A stretch of DNA of 64,000 nucleotides from Nitrospinales bacterium (GTDB lineage: Bacteria > Nitrospinota > Nitrospinia > Nitrospinales > VA-1): NCBI GenBank assembly GCA_965223345.1, contig CBDCWG010000012.1, positions 384,001-448,000 of the forward strand, read 5' to 3'. The position numbers and the translations under genes are program-made. Under the pieces are notes generated by a model that ran no database searches, was not told the DNA's origin, and worked only from the letters and a program-made list of their open reading frames with translations. Shown in pieces: positions 54,362-64,000 of the stretch (position 1 is its first letter; the number at the start of each line of letters is the position of its first letter).

Positions 54362-56491
54362 ATGATGTCATTCGATTCTAACCTCAACGCTCCGGATTTC
54401 CGCCTGCAGGGAACCGACGGCATCCGCCGTGAGGTCCGCAGGGCGTCCGAGTTTCCCGGCCTGTCGCCGCTCGAGGTGTTTTTGCAGCACGGCGTCGTCA
54501 CCGAAACGTTCATGGAACTGTACGCCTACGCCCACGTGTCGGGCCTGATCCAAGCGGGTGCGCTTCAGGCGGGGGCGGAATTCGTGATCGGCTGGGACCC
54601 GCGCGACCCGGAAGGCGTCTTCACCGAGGCGGTGATCCGCGGCGTGCAGAAGGCCGGCGCGTCCGCGCGGGTGCTGGGAGTGGTGCCGACACCGCTGGTG
54701 CCGATGGTCATCCTGCACAACGACGCCGGCGGCGGGTTCATGGTCACCGCGAGCCACAATCCGAAGGATCAGAACGGCATCAAAACCTTCTGCGCGCACC
54801 GCGGCATGAAGTTTCTGCCGGGCAACGACGCGGCGCTCACCCAGGCGATCCTGAAAGCGGACGCCGGACGCATCGCCGCCCTGCCGCTGACGGGGAAGCG
54901 CATCGACGGACGGGAGGCGGCGCTGGAGCTGCTGCGCCGATTTTCCGTGCTTGCGGCCAACTCCTGGATCGACGCAACGCTTTTGCCCGCCCTCAAACAG
55001 ATCACGCTGGTGGTGGACCCGGCCAACGGCTCGCTGTCTGCAATCGCGGCGGAGGTGTTCAAGCTCTGCGGCTTCGGCAAGGTGGTGGAGGTGAACGGCA
55101 AACTGAACGGCGACGTGAACCTGCATTCGGGTGTCGCGGATCTGGAGGGGCTCACCGCCATCACGCCGCTGATGATCGAAAAGGGCACGGGCGTTTTCCG
55201 CAGGCACAAGGCGGTTCTCAAACTGTTCGAGCTGGGACGCAAAGCACGGGACGCACTCAAACTGGGATCGCGCCGGGTCGCGGGCGCGGTGTTCGACGCG
55301 GACGGCGACCGGTTCTTCCGGCTCGAGTACAACCCCTTTGCCGACGCGCTGCTGGTGCTGAGCGGCGACGAAACGGCGTTTCTGCAGGCGCGCTACCTGA
55401 TGGAGAAGGAACCGAAGGCCACCAGGAACGCTCTGTACATCAACACGGTGGAAAGCGACCTCAATGCGGCGGTGGCGGCGCAACAGCTGGGCCTCAAACC
55501 GAAGCTGACGGCGGTGGGGGACAAATGGATCCTGCTGCAGACGGCGCTGCTGATCGCCGAGGCCAGGCTCAAACGCTTGAAAAAAGCTTCCGGCGGCAAA
55601 CTCCCCGCCGCCCTCTCCCGCCAGTGGGACGCGGTGCGCAAGCAGGAACGATTTCAGGTCGAGCCCTTCGCAGCGCTGGAAAAAGCCATCGACAAGGCAA
55701 ACAAATCCGGCCCCGCCTGGGATCCTTTCACCGGCAAGGGAGAACGTCTGAAATTCGCGGTGGGCAGCGAGGAGACCGGGCACAACATCACGCTCGGCAG
55801 CCTGCCGACCGCACGCGGAGAAACGGTGCCGGTGTTTTGCGGCAACGGGCTCAAAAGCGCGTTGAACACGTTCGCGGCGACGGAAACCCTGTTTGCCGGA
55901 CAGCGCACGCGCGGGTATTATTCGGGCATCCACCAGCCCTTCAAGCCGGGTTACAAGGCGACGCTTTACGTCTACCACATCGACAAGTTGCGCTTCGCCA
56001 ACGGGACCGACCTCTGGAAGCGGGTGCGGCGGACTATCCTGACCACCGGGCGCGATCTGGGTTTCAAAGGTGCGGCGCAGCGGTTTCCGGAAGATCCCGA
56101 CATGCTCTACCTGACGCTCAAGCCAGGCGTGGACGCGGACCCGGCGGCGGTGTTCGTGCGCAACTCGGGGACGGAAAACAAGATCAGCGTCAACCTGCGC
56201 GGCGCCAAAAAGCAGGCGAAACCGCTCAACGCCATCGGCGAAGCGGTGCTGCGGCTGCTGCTGGCACAGATGAAGGACACCGGCGACCGTTATTACAAAC
56301 TGGAGCTGGATGTGCTGAGCCAGATCGCCGGCGGGCCGGTCCCGGAAAACAAACTCAAGGTCAACAAGGGCGTGCGCCACCGGCTGCTGTCCGAGATGGG
56401 CAAGCAGGGGCTGATCCAGCTCATCGAGGCGGGTTACCGCCTCACCCCACGCGGCAAATGGTATATTGCCAGCGACCGCAACGACGGCTGA
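54362..56491 (+). CDS. Alpha-D-phosphohexomutase (GlmM-like), enlarged
   Basis: GTDGIR, IGWDPR, PTP, phosphoserine motif TASHNP, metal loop DADGDR, VGDK, EETGH, VRNSGTENKI. Confidence 0.82.
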   Translation: MMSFDSNLNAPDFRLQGTDGIRREVRRASEFPGLSPLEVFLQHGVVTETFMELYAYAHVSGLIQAGALQAGAEFVIGWDPRDPEGVFTEAVIRGVQKAGASARVLGVVPTPLVPMVILHNDAGGGFMVTASHNPKDQNGIKTFCAHRGMKFLPGNDAALTQAILKADAGRIAALPLTGKRIDGREAALELLRRFSVLAANSWIDATLLPALKQITLVVDPANGSLSAIAAEVFKLCGFGKVVEVNGKLNGDVNLHSGVADLEGLTAITPLMIEKGTGVFRRHKAVLKLFELGRKARDALKLGSRRVAGAVFDADGDRFFRLEYNPFADALLVLSGDETAFLQARYLMEKEPKATRNALYINTVESDLNAAVAAQQLGLKPKLTAVGDKWILLQTALLIAEARLKRLKKASGGKLPAALSRQWDAVRKQERFQVEPFAALEKAIDKANKSGPAWDPFTGKGERLKFAVGSEETGHNITLGSLPTARGETVPVFCGNGLKSALNTFAATETLFAGQRTRGYYSGIHQPFKPGYKATLYVYHIDKLRFANGTDLWKRVRRTILTTGRDLGFKGAAQRFPEDPDMLYLTLKPGVDADPAAVFVRNSGTENKISVNLRGAKKQAKPLNAIGEAVLRLLLAQMKDTGDRYYKLELDVLSQIAGGPVPENKLKVNKGVRHRLLSEMGKQGLIQLIEAGYRLTPRGKWYIASDRNDG

Positions 56492-56543
56492 GCGCCGCTG
56501 CGCCTATCCCGCAAACGCAAACGTTGTTGGATTCCAAGAAACC

Positions 56544-57347
56544 ATGATCGCCATCGAACAGTTTTTTCCGCAACTGGCGCATTTCGCCCACAGTGATATT
56601 TTTGCGCAAGACGAGTGGGCCTTCGAACCGCTCAAAGAGCTGGAGACCCACATCCTCAAGCTCATCGAGCAGCAGAGCGCGGAAACGCTGACGGACCTGG
56701 AAGGCACGACGGTGGTATCCGCCAGCGACCCCGCGGGCAAACGCGGCGGCAAGGGGCTGATTTTCAACCGCTGGATCGAAACGGCGTCGGCGGTGCACCT
56801 TCCCGCCCTCGATATCTGGATCGGCGAAGGCGTTTTTCTGGAACCGACGGCGATCATCAAGGGACCGGCGATCATCGGCGCGGGCTGTGAGGTGCGCCAG
56901 GGGGCGTACCTGCGGGGCAATGTGCTGGTCGGTTCGCGCTGCGTGCTGGGTCACGCCACCGAGATCAAAAACAGCATCCTCATGGATCACACGGAATGCG
57001 GCCATTTCAACTACATCGGCGACAGCGTGGTGGGCAGCCACGTCAACCTGGGCGCGGGCTCGAAACTGGCGAATTTTCAGTTCCGCACGCCTGAGGAAAA
57101 GCGGAACAACGTGATCCGCGAAATTTCCCTGCCGGTCGAGGGGGAAACCGTCGCCACCGGCATGCAGAAATTCGGCGCGGTGGTGGGGGATCACGTCGAG
57201 GTGGGCTGCAACGCGGTGGTCTCACCGGGGACGCTGATCGGCCGGGACAACTGGGTCTACCCCAACACCACGCTGCCCAAGGGCTATTACGCCCCCGACA
57301 CGCTCATCGGGCCGAAAGAACGCAAGCCGAAAATTTCCGGTAAATGA
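56544..57347 (+). CDS. Left-handed beta-helix acyltransferase resembling the GlmU C-terminal domain
   Basis: IKGPAIIGAGCEVRQGAYLRG, EIKNSI, HFNYIGDSVVG..VNLGAG, KFGAVVGD..VGCNAV..PGT; no N-terminal nucleotidyltransferase domain. Confidence 0.8.
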   Translation: MIAIEQFFPQLAHFAHSDIFAQDEWAFEPLKELETHILKLIEQQSAETLTDLEGTTVVSASDPAGKRGGKGLIFNRWIETASAVHLPALDIWIGEGVFLEPTAIIKGPAIIGAGCEVRQGAYLRGNVLVGSRCVLGHATEIKNSILMDHTECGHFNYIGDSVVGSHVNLGAGSKLANFQFRTPEEKRNNVIREISLPVEGETVATGMQKFGAVVGDHVEVGCNAVVSPGTLIGRDNWVYPNTTLPKGYYAPDTLIGPKERKPKISGK

Positions 57348-57455
57348 GCGCAAATCTCTCTATAATGGAGGCGATCCATCGACATCTTCGCCTCGCAGGC
57401 AGGACCCTTCCCCAGACCTTCGGGATTTGAGGGCGCATCGCAACAGCGTCAACGC

Positions 57456-57535
57456 GCGGGCGTGGCGGAACTGGCAGACGCGCTGGATTTAGGATCCAGT
57501 GGGCAACCGTGGGGGTTCGAGTCCCTCCGCCCGCA
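57456..57535 (+). tRNA. tRNA-Leu (anticodon TAG); CCA not encoded
   Basis: Acceptor GCGGGCG/CGCCCGC-A, D arm TGGCGGAACTGGCAGACGC, anticodon stem CTGGA-TTTAGGA-TCCAG, variable arm, GGTTCGAGTCC; common position upstream of tig. Confidence 0.95.
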
Positions 57536-57709
57536 CTCCTCCGCGGAGAGCGAATATGTTCACAACGGACGAGGCGGCATAACCGGGTTTCGAACTTTTC
57601 TCCTGAGTCCGCATTCCATCGCAACAGGCGGGCGGGCTCCCGGCTGTTTCTGTCCGGGCTCGGCGCCGTTTCGCCGCAACACACGTTCAACTTTTTGAGT
57701 TTATAAATC

Positions 57710-59059
57710 ATGGAAATCGAAATCGAAGAAATCGACGCGTGCAACCGGAAGATCAAGTTCGACATCCCGCACGGGGACTACCAGAAGAAGGTGACGGATT
57801 ACTACAAATCGCTGGCGCGGGAAGTGAAGGTGCCGGGATTCCGCAAGGGCAAGGTGCCGCAGTCTCTGCTGGAAAAACAGTTCGGCCCGCGGGTGAAGCG
57901 GGAAGTGCTGACGCAGCTGATCGGCGACAAGGTGACTGAGGCGATCCGCGAGAAGGGCCTCAAGGCGGTCAGCCAGCCGAACCTTCTGGAAGTGCACGCG
58001 GAGGAGGGAACGGACATCACGGTGTCGGCGTCGGTAGAGGTGCTGCCGGATTTTGAGATCGGCGATTACAGCGGCATCGAAGTCGCCATGAAGATCCCGC
58101 GCATCACCGATGAGGAAGTGGATCAGATGATCGAAAGCTACCGCATGCAGAAAGCGGAAACCAAGCCGGTCACCGGGCGGACCTCGCAAAAGGACGATCT
58201 GCTCAAGATCGATTTCGTCGGCACGCTGGACGGCAAACCCTTTGAAGGCGGCGAGGCGAAGGACTACGTGGTGCAGCTGGGCCAGAAACAGCTGATCGAG
58301 GATCTGGAGGACAAGCTGTACGGCATGGAGATCGGCGAGGAAAAACAGACGCCGGTGAAGATTCCCGAGAATTATTTCAACAAGGCGATCGCCGGCAAAG
58401 AGGTGGATTTCACCATCTCGCTCAAGGGCATCCAGGTGCGGACGCTGCCGGAATTGACGGACGCGTTCGCGCAGAGCGTGGAAGCGAACAACAAGTTTGC
58501 AAGCGTCGCCGATATGAAGGCGAAGATCCGCGAAGACCTGGAAAACCACGAGAAAAAGCAGGCGCGCAAAAACGCGCAGAAAGAACTCGCGGAAAAACTG
58601 CGGGAAATCAACCCCGTCAACCTGCCGGAGGGCCTGGTGCAGGAGCAGATCCGCTTCATGGCGAAAGAATCGAAGAAAAAGGCCCAACAGGCCGGGCAGG
58701 CGCAGCAGCACGACCATGATCACGACCACGATCACGCCGGGGAAGTGTCGCCGGAAGAGCAGGAAAAATACCGCGAACCGGCTCTCAAAATCCTGCAGCA
58801 GGAACTGCTGGTGGACAAGCTGGCGGTGTCCCTGAATGTGGAGGTCACGCCCGAGGAGCTGGACGCGGAGGTCAACAATTTCATAAAGATGCTGGGAGGT
58901 GGGGATCCGCAGAAGATGAAGGCCGAATGGCAGAAAAGCGGGGTGCTCTCCAAACTGCACAATCGCATGCGCCGGGAAAAGACCCTGGATGCGGTTCTGG
59001 ACCAGGTTCAGGTGAAAGAAGAAATGGTTGACAGGAAAGAATTAATTGCTGATAATTGA
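57710..59059 (+). CDS. tig: Trigger factor
   Basis: VPGFRKGKVP signature; FKBP domain IDFVGTLDGKPFEGG. Confidence 0.95.
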   Translation: MEIEIEEIDACNRKIKFDIPHGDYQKKVTDYYKSLAREVKVPGFRKGKVPQSLLEKQFGPRVKREVLTQLIGDKVTEAIREKGLKAVSQPNLLEVHAEEGTDITVSASVEVLPDFEIGDYSGIEVAMKIPRITDEEVDQMIESYRMQKAETKPVTGRTSQKDDLLKIDFVGTLDGKPFEGGEAKDYVVQLGQKQLIEDLEDKLYGMEIGEEKQTPVKIPENYFNKAIAGKEVDFTISLKGIQVRTLPELTDAFAQSVEANNKFASVADMKAKIREDLENHEKKQARKNAQKELAEKLREINPVNLPEGLVQEQIRFMAKESKKKAQQAGQAQQHDHDHDHDHAGEVSPEEQEKYREPALKILQQELLVDKLAVSLNVEVTPEELDAEVNNFIKMLGGGDPQKMKAEWQKSGVLSKLHNRMRREKTLDAVLDQVQVKEEMVDRKELIADN

Positions 59060-59192
59060 TCGAGAAGATAAACCATATCTTTCTATTTCTTAAAGAGTTA
59101 CGCCTCTTCCTTGCGCCTTGGTTCCGTAAGCTTCCGAGGAGCAAATCCATTCTCAATCCGACATTCCCATTGAAAACACTAAAGAGACCGTT

Positions 59193-59858
59193 ATGAGCGA
59201 AATCTACAACCAGTTGGTGCCCATCGTCGTCGAACAAACGAGCCGGGGGGAACGTTCCTATGACATTTATTCCCGATTGCTGAAAGACCGGATCGTGTTC
59301 CTGGGGACGGCGATCGACGACCAAATCGCAAACCTCGCCATCGCCCAGCTCCTGTTTCTCGAATCCGAGGAGCCGGAGCAGGATATCTATATGTATATCA
59401 ACAGCCCCGGCGGTCACGTGAGCGCCGGACTCGGCATTTACGACACCATGCAGTACATCAAGCCGGATGTGCAGACCATCTGCATGGGCCAGGCCGCCAG
59501 CATGGGTGCGCTGCTGCTGGCAGCGGGCACCGCCGGCAAACGCTTCGCCCTGCCGCATTCGAGGATCATGATCCATCAGCCCAGCGGCGGGTTTCAGGGG
59601 CAGCACTCGGACATCGAAATCCAGGCCAAGGAAATCACCCATGTGCGGTCCATTCTCGATCAGATCCTGGCCCACCACTGCAATCAGGACATCGAGAAAG
59701 TGCACAAGGACACCGAGCGCGACCGGTTCATGCGCGCCGAGGAGGCCAAGGAATACGGTCTGATCGACAGCGTGATCGAAAAGCGGGTCGAGTCTCCCGA
59801 TCTGGAAAAGGCGGTCACAGCGGGAAAGGAAAAAAAGTCGGATAAAGAGAAGAAATAA
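59193..59858 (+). CDS. clpP: ATP-dependent Clp protease proteolytic subunit
   Basis: [34 protein letters not shown]. Confidence 0.97.
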   Translation: MSEIYNQLVPIVVEQTSRGERSYDIYSRLLKDRIVFLGTAIDDQIANLAIAQLLFLESEEPEQDIYMYINSPGGHVSAGLGIYDTMQYIKPDVQTICMGQAASMGALLLAAGTAGKRFALPHSRIMIHQPSGGFQGQHSDIEIQAKEITHVRSILDQILAHHCNQDIEKVHKDTERDRFMRAEEAKEYGLIDSVIEKRVESPDLEKAVTAGKEKKSDKEKK

Positions 59859-59913
59859 CTGCAACCTCGCGGTGCGGGCTCGCTGCGCCGCGAAACATTT
59901 GTAAGGGGAATGA

Positions 59914-61161
<1,248 letters not shown>

Positions 61162-61165
61162 TATC

Positions 61166-63580
61166 ATGACCTCCGAACGTTTGGAACTCCCGCTTCTGCC
61201 TTTGCGGGACATCGTCGTCTTTCCCTTCATGGTGATCCCGCTGTTTGTCGGACGCGCCCGCTCGGTGCGCGCGCTGGAAAAATCCATGGCGGAGCAGAAG
61301 CACATCTTTCTTTCCGCACAGCGCAACCCCGGCAACAACGATCCCTCGGAAAGCGACATCTATGAAACCGGGACGCTGGCCAATATCCTGCAGATCCTGA
61401 AACTCACCGACGGCACCATGAAGGTGCTGGTCGAGGGCATCCAGCGCGGGCGCATCAACGCGTTCGTCGAGAACCCGGAATTCTTCGAGGTGGAGGTCGT
61501 CAAGATCCAGGAGAACACGCAGGTGACGCCGGACGTCAAGGCGCTGATGCGCAGCGTGGGCAACATCTTCGAACAGTATGTGAAGCTCAACCAGAAGATC
61601 CCGCTGGAAGCGGTCTCCGCCACCGCCAACATCCAGGAGCCGCACCGCTATGCGGACACCATCGCGGCGTACATGGTGTTTCAGACGACGGACAAGCAGG
61701 ACCTGCTGGAAACCTACCATCCGGTGGACCGGCTCAACAAGCTGCTCTCGAGCCTCAAATCGGAGATGGAGGTGTTGAAGATCGAAAAACGCGTGCACGG
61801 CCGGGTGCGCAAGCAGATGGAGCGTAGCCAGAAGGAGTTCTATCTCAACGAGCAGATCAAGGCCATTCAGAAGGAGCTGGGCAAGCGCGACGAGTTCAAG
61901 ACGGACATCGACGATCTGACGCAGAAGATCAAGAAAGCCAAGATGCCCAAAGAGGTGAACGAGAAGGCGATGAAGGAGCTCAGGCGGCTGGAGCTGATGC
62001 AGCCGATGTCCGCCGAGGCGACGGTCTCCCGCACCTACATCGAATGGCTGGTCGAGCTGCCGTGGAAAAAACCGCCGGCATCGGCCGATAAAATCAAGAT
62101 CGACGAAGCGCAGAAAATCCTCGACGAGGACCACTACGGCCTCGACAAGGTGAAGGAGCGCATCGTCGAGCACCTTGCGGTGCTGAAACTGGTGAAAAAG
62201 ATCAAGGGCCCCATCCTCTGTCTCGCCGGCCCGCCGGGTGTGGGCAAGACCTCGCTGGGCAAATCCATCGCCCGCGCCATGAACCGCAAATTCGTGCGCG
62301 TGTCTCTAGGCGGCGTGCGCGACGAAGCGGAGATCCGCGGGCATCGCAGAACCTACATCGGCGCGTTGCCGGGGAAAATCATTCAGGGCATGAAAAAAGC
62401 GGGCGTCGCCAATCCGGTGTTCATGCTGGATGAAATCGACAAGATGACCAGCGATTTTCGCGGCGACCCCTCTTCGGCGCTGCTGGAGGTGCTCGATCCG
62501 GAACAGAACGTCAATTTCAACGATCACTATCTGGAAGTGGACTACGATCTGTCGCAGGCGCTGTTCGTGTGCACCGCCAACGTGCTGCACACGATCCCGC
62601 AGCCGCTGCTCGACCGCATGGAGATCCTGCGCATTCCCGGTTACACCGAGGACGAGAAGGTGGGCATCGCGGAGAATTTTCTCCTGCCGAAAAAACTGGA
62701 AGAGCACGGCCTGACGAAAAAAAACCTGGAGATGAGCAAAGCGGTGTTGCAGCGCATGATCCGCGAATACACGCGCGAAGCGGGCGTGCGCAACCTGGAA
62801 CGGGAACTGGCTTCGGTGTGCCGCAAGGTGGTGAAGGAAGTGGTGAAAGCGGGCAAGAAGTTTTCCGTCGCCATCAAACCGTCGCAGCTCGACAAATACC
62901 TGGGCATTCCCAAATTCAAAAGCCCCGGCCCCACCGAACCGCTGGACGTGGGCGTCGCCATGGGCATGGCCTGGACCGAATTCGGCGGCGAGGTGCTCTA
63001 CATCGAGGTGACCGCAGTTCCGGGCAACGGCAAGCTGGTGCCCACGGGCAAACTGGGCGATGTGATGAAAGAATCCGCGCAGGCGGCCATGAGCTATGTG
63101 CGCTCACGCGCCACGCAACTGAAACTGCCGAAGAACTTCCACCAGAAAATGGACATCCACATCCACATCCCGGAAGGCGCGGTGCCCAAGGACGGTCCTT
63201 CCGCCGGGATCACCATGGCGGTGGCTCTGGTGTCGGCGCTCACGCGCAAACCGGTGCGCCACGACGTCATCCTCACCGGCGAGCTGACGCTGACCGGCAA
63301 GGTGCTGCCGATCGGCGGGCTCAAGGAAAAGGTTCTGGCCGCGCACCGGGCCAACATCGAAAACATCATCCTGCCGAAGGACAACGAAAAGGACATTCCG
63401 GACATTCCCGCGAACATCAAAAAAGCCCTGACCTTCCATCCGGCCGAAACGATGGACGATGTGATCCAACTGGCTTTCGACTCGAAACACAAGCTCGGCA
63501 AGAAGCCGGTCAAGCGCAAAGCCAAAACCGCGAAAAAACGCGCCCCGGCCAAACGCCCTTCGGTCTCCACCCTCAACTGA
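61166..63580 (+). CDS. lon: Lon protease
   Basis: [33 protein letters not shown] (catalytic Ser), IGGLKEK. Confidence 0.97.
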   Translation: MTSERLELPLLPLRDIVVFPFMVIPLFVGRARSVRALEKSMAEQKHIFLSAQRNPGNNDPSESDIYETGTLANILQILKLTDGTMKVLVEGIQRGRINAFVENPEFFEVEVVKIQENTQVTPDVKALMRSVGNIFEQYVKLNQKIPLEAVSATANIQEPHRYADTIAAYMVFQTTDKQDLLETYHPVDRLNKLLSSLKSEMEVLKIEKRVHGRVRKQMERSQKEFYLNEQIKAIQKELGKRDEFKTDIDDLTQKIKKAKMPKEVNEKAMKELRRLELMQPMSAEATVSRTYIEWLVELPWKKPPASADKIKIDEAQKILDEDHYGLDKVKERIVEHLAVLKLVKKIKGPILCLAGPPGVGKTSLGKSIARAMNRKFVRVSLGGVRDEAEIRGHRRTYIGALPGKIIQGMKKAGVANPVFMLDEIDKMTSDFRGDPSSALLEVLDPEQNVNFNDHYLEVDYDLSQALFVCTANVLHTIPQPLLDRMEILRIPGYTEDEKVGIAENFLLPKKLEEHGLTKKNLEMSKAVLQRMIREYTREAGVRNLERELASVCRKVVKEVVKAGKKFSVAIKPSQLDKYLGIPKFKSPGPTEPLDVGVAMGMAWTEFGGEVLYIEVTAVPGNGKLVPTGKLGDVMKESAQAAMSYVRSRATQLKLPKNFHQKMDIHIHIPEGAVPKDGPSAGITMAVALVSALTRKPVRHDVILTGELTLTGKVLPIGGLKEKVLAAHRANIENIILPKDNEKDIPDIPANIKKALTFHPAETMDDVIQLAFDSKHKLGKKPVKRKAKTAKKRAPAKRPSVSTLN

Positions 63581-63632
63581 CCGGGTCCTACCCGGTGAGT
63601 ACAGGTCACACTCCCTTTCCAGACTATCCAGC

Positions 63633-63782
63633 ACAGGCATACTGCATGAGTCGCTTTCACTTGCAAGCGGAGGCTCTCCGCTGACCCCGTCCCACGGGAG
63701 GGAACGGGTCCAGCCCGCAAACGAAGCCACCCGGACAGGCATACTGCATGAGTCGCCTTCACTTGCGAGCGGAGGCTCTCCG
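63633..63782. repeat. Two 48-bp direct repeats (63633-63680 and 63735-63782) with hairpin potential
   Basis: ACAGGCATACTGCATGAGTCGCYTTCACTTGCRAGCGGAGGCTCTCCG; 46/48 identical; 102-bp period. Confidence 0.85.
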
Positions 63783-63861
63783 TCGGCCTCCCGGCCGGGG
63801 GGGTATAGAGTCGAATCCCTGAGCGCGATCCTTCTCTAAAGACTTACTTCCAAAATTTCTC

Positions 63862-64000
63862 TTACAGATCGGGGGATTCGTTTTCGAAGGGGATGTCTTT
63901 TTCCTCTTTGAGCGCGAGGACCAGGTAGTGTTCCTGGGTGAGGTGGCCGTTCACGGTATCGAGCAGCGTCGCCGCATCGGACAGGAATTTTTGCGCGTTG
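63862..64000 (-). CDS. 3' end of an unidentified gene convergent on lon (truncated by the window edge)
   Basis: Open frame ...NAQKFLSDAATLLDTVNGHLTQEHYLVLALKEEKDIPFENESPDL* with host-like codons. Confidence 0.6.
   Translation of the reverse strand, partial: NAQKFLSDAATLLDTVNGHLTQEHYLVLALKEEKDIPFENESPDL

Noticed and set aside
57456..57710. tRNA-Leu as an integration site for a genomic island
   Set aside because: No integrase and no duplicated tRNA 3' end were seen; tRNA-Leu followed by tig-clpP-clpX-lon is a common core arrangement.
63641..63680. Hammerhead or twister-sister ribozyme, or tandem glycine riboswitch
   Set aside because: CTGCATGA only resembles CUGAUGA and the GAAA core is missing on that strand; the conserved cores of the other RNAs could not be matched; the element is 3' of both flanking genes.
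63633..63782. 48-bp repeats as a CRISPR array
   Set aside because: Only two copies, a 54-bp structured spacer, and no cas genes or leader in view.

Overview
A 64-kb, GC-rich bacterial chromosomal segment of mostly core genes. Gene content and the UBact sequence suggest Nitrospinota (Nitrospina-like); this is an inference. The most notable element is a complete, translationally coupled Pup-like protein-tagging and proteasome operon on the minus strand (arc-dop-ubact-prcB-prcA-pafA, 4343-10666). Its 58-aa UBact modifier ends in RTGQ and is hidden inside a spurious longer ORF, and its ATPase lacks the actinobacterial GQYL docking tail. Other notable elements: a ParDE toxin-antitoxin pair; an indel-rich stretch (about 11.2-14.1 kb) covering a nucleotidyltransferase-like gene, tonB and a CDP-alcohol phosphotransferase; a second CDP-alcohol phosphotransferase followed by a SIR2-TPR fusion; smc followed by a 27-aa-repeat LRR protein facing a TPR lipoprotein with a likely inactive alpha/beta-hydrolase domain; an rfbB-wbqC glycan-tailoring cluster with two radical SAM genes; a two-partner secretion pair with a sigma54 promoter and 813-bp internal repeats; an enlarged GlmM-like mutase with a possible winged-helix tail; tRNA-Leu(TAG) followed by tig-clpP-clpX-lon; and a structured 48-bp direct repeat after lon. 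No CRISPR array, rRNA or recognisable mobile element was found. All calls come from motif recognition by eye; no database searches were run.
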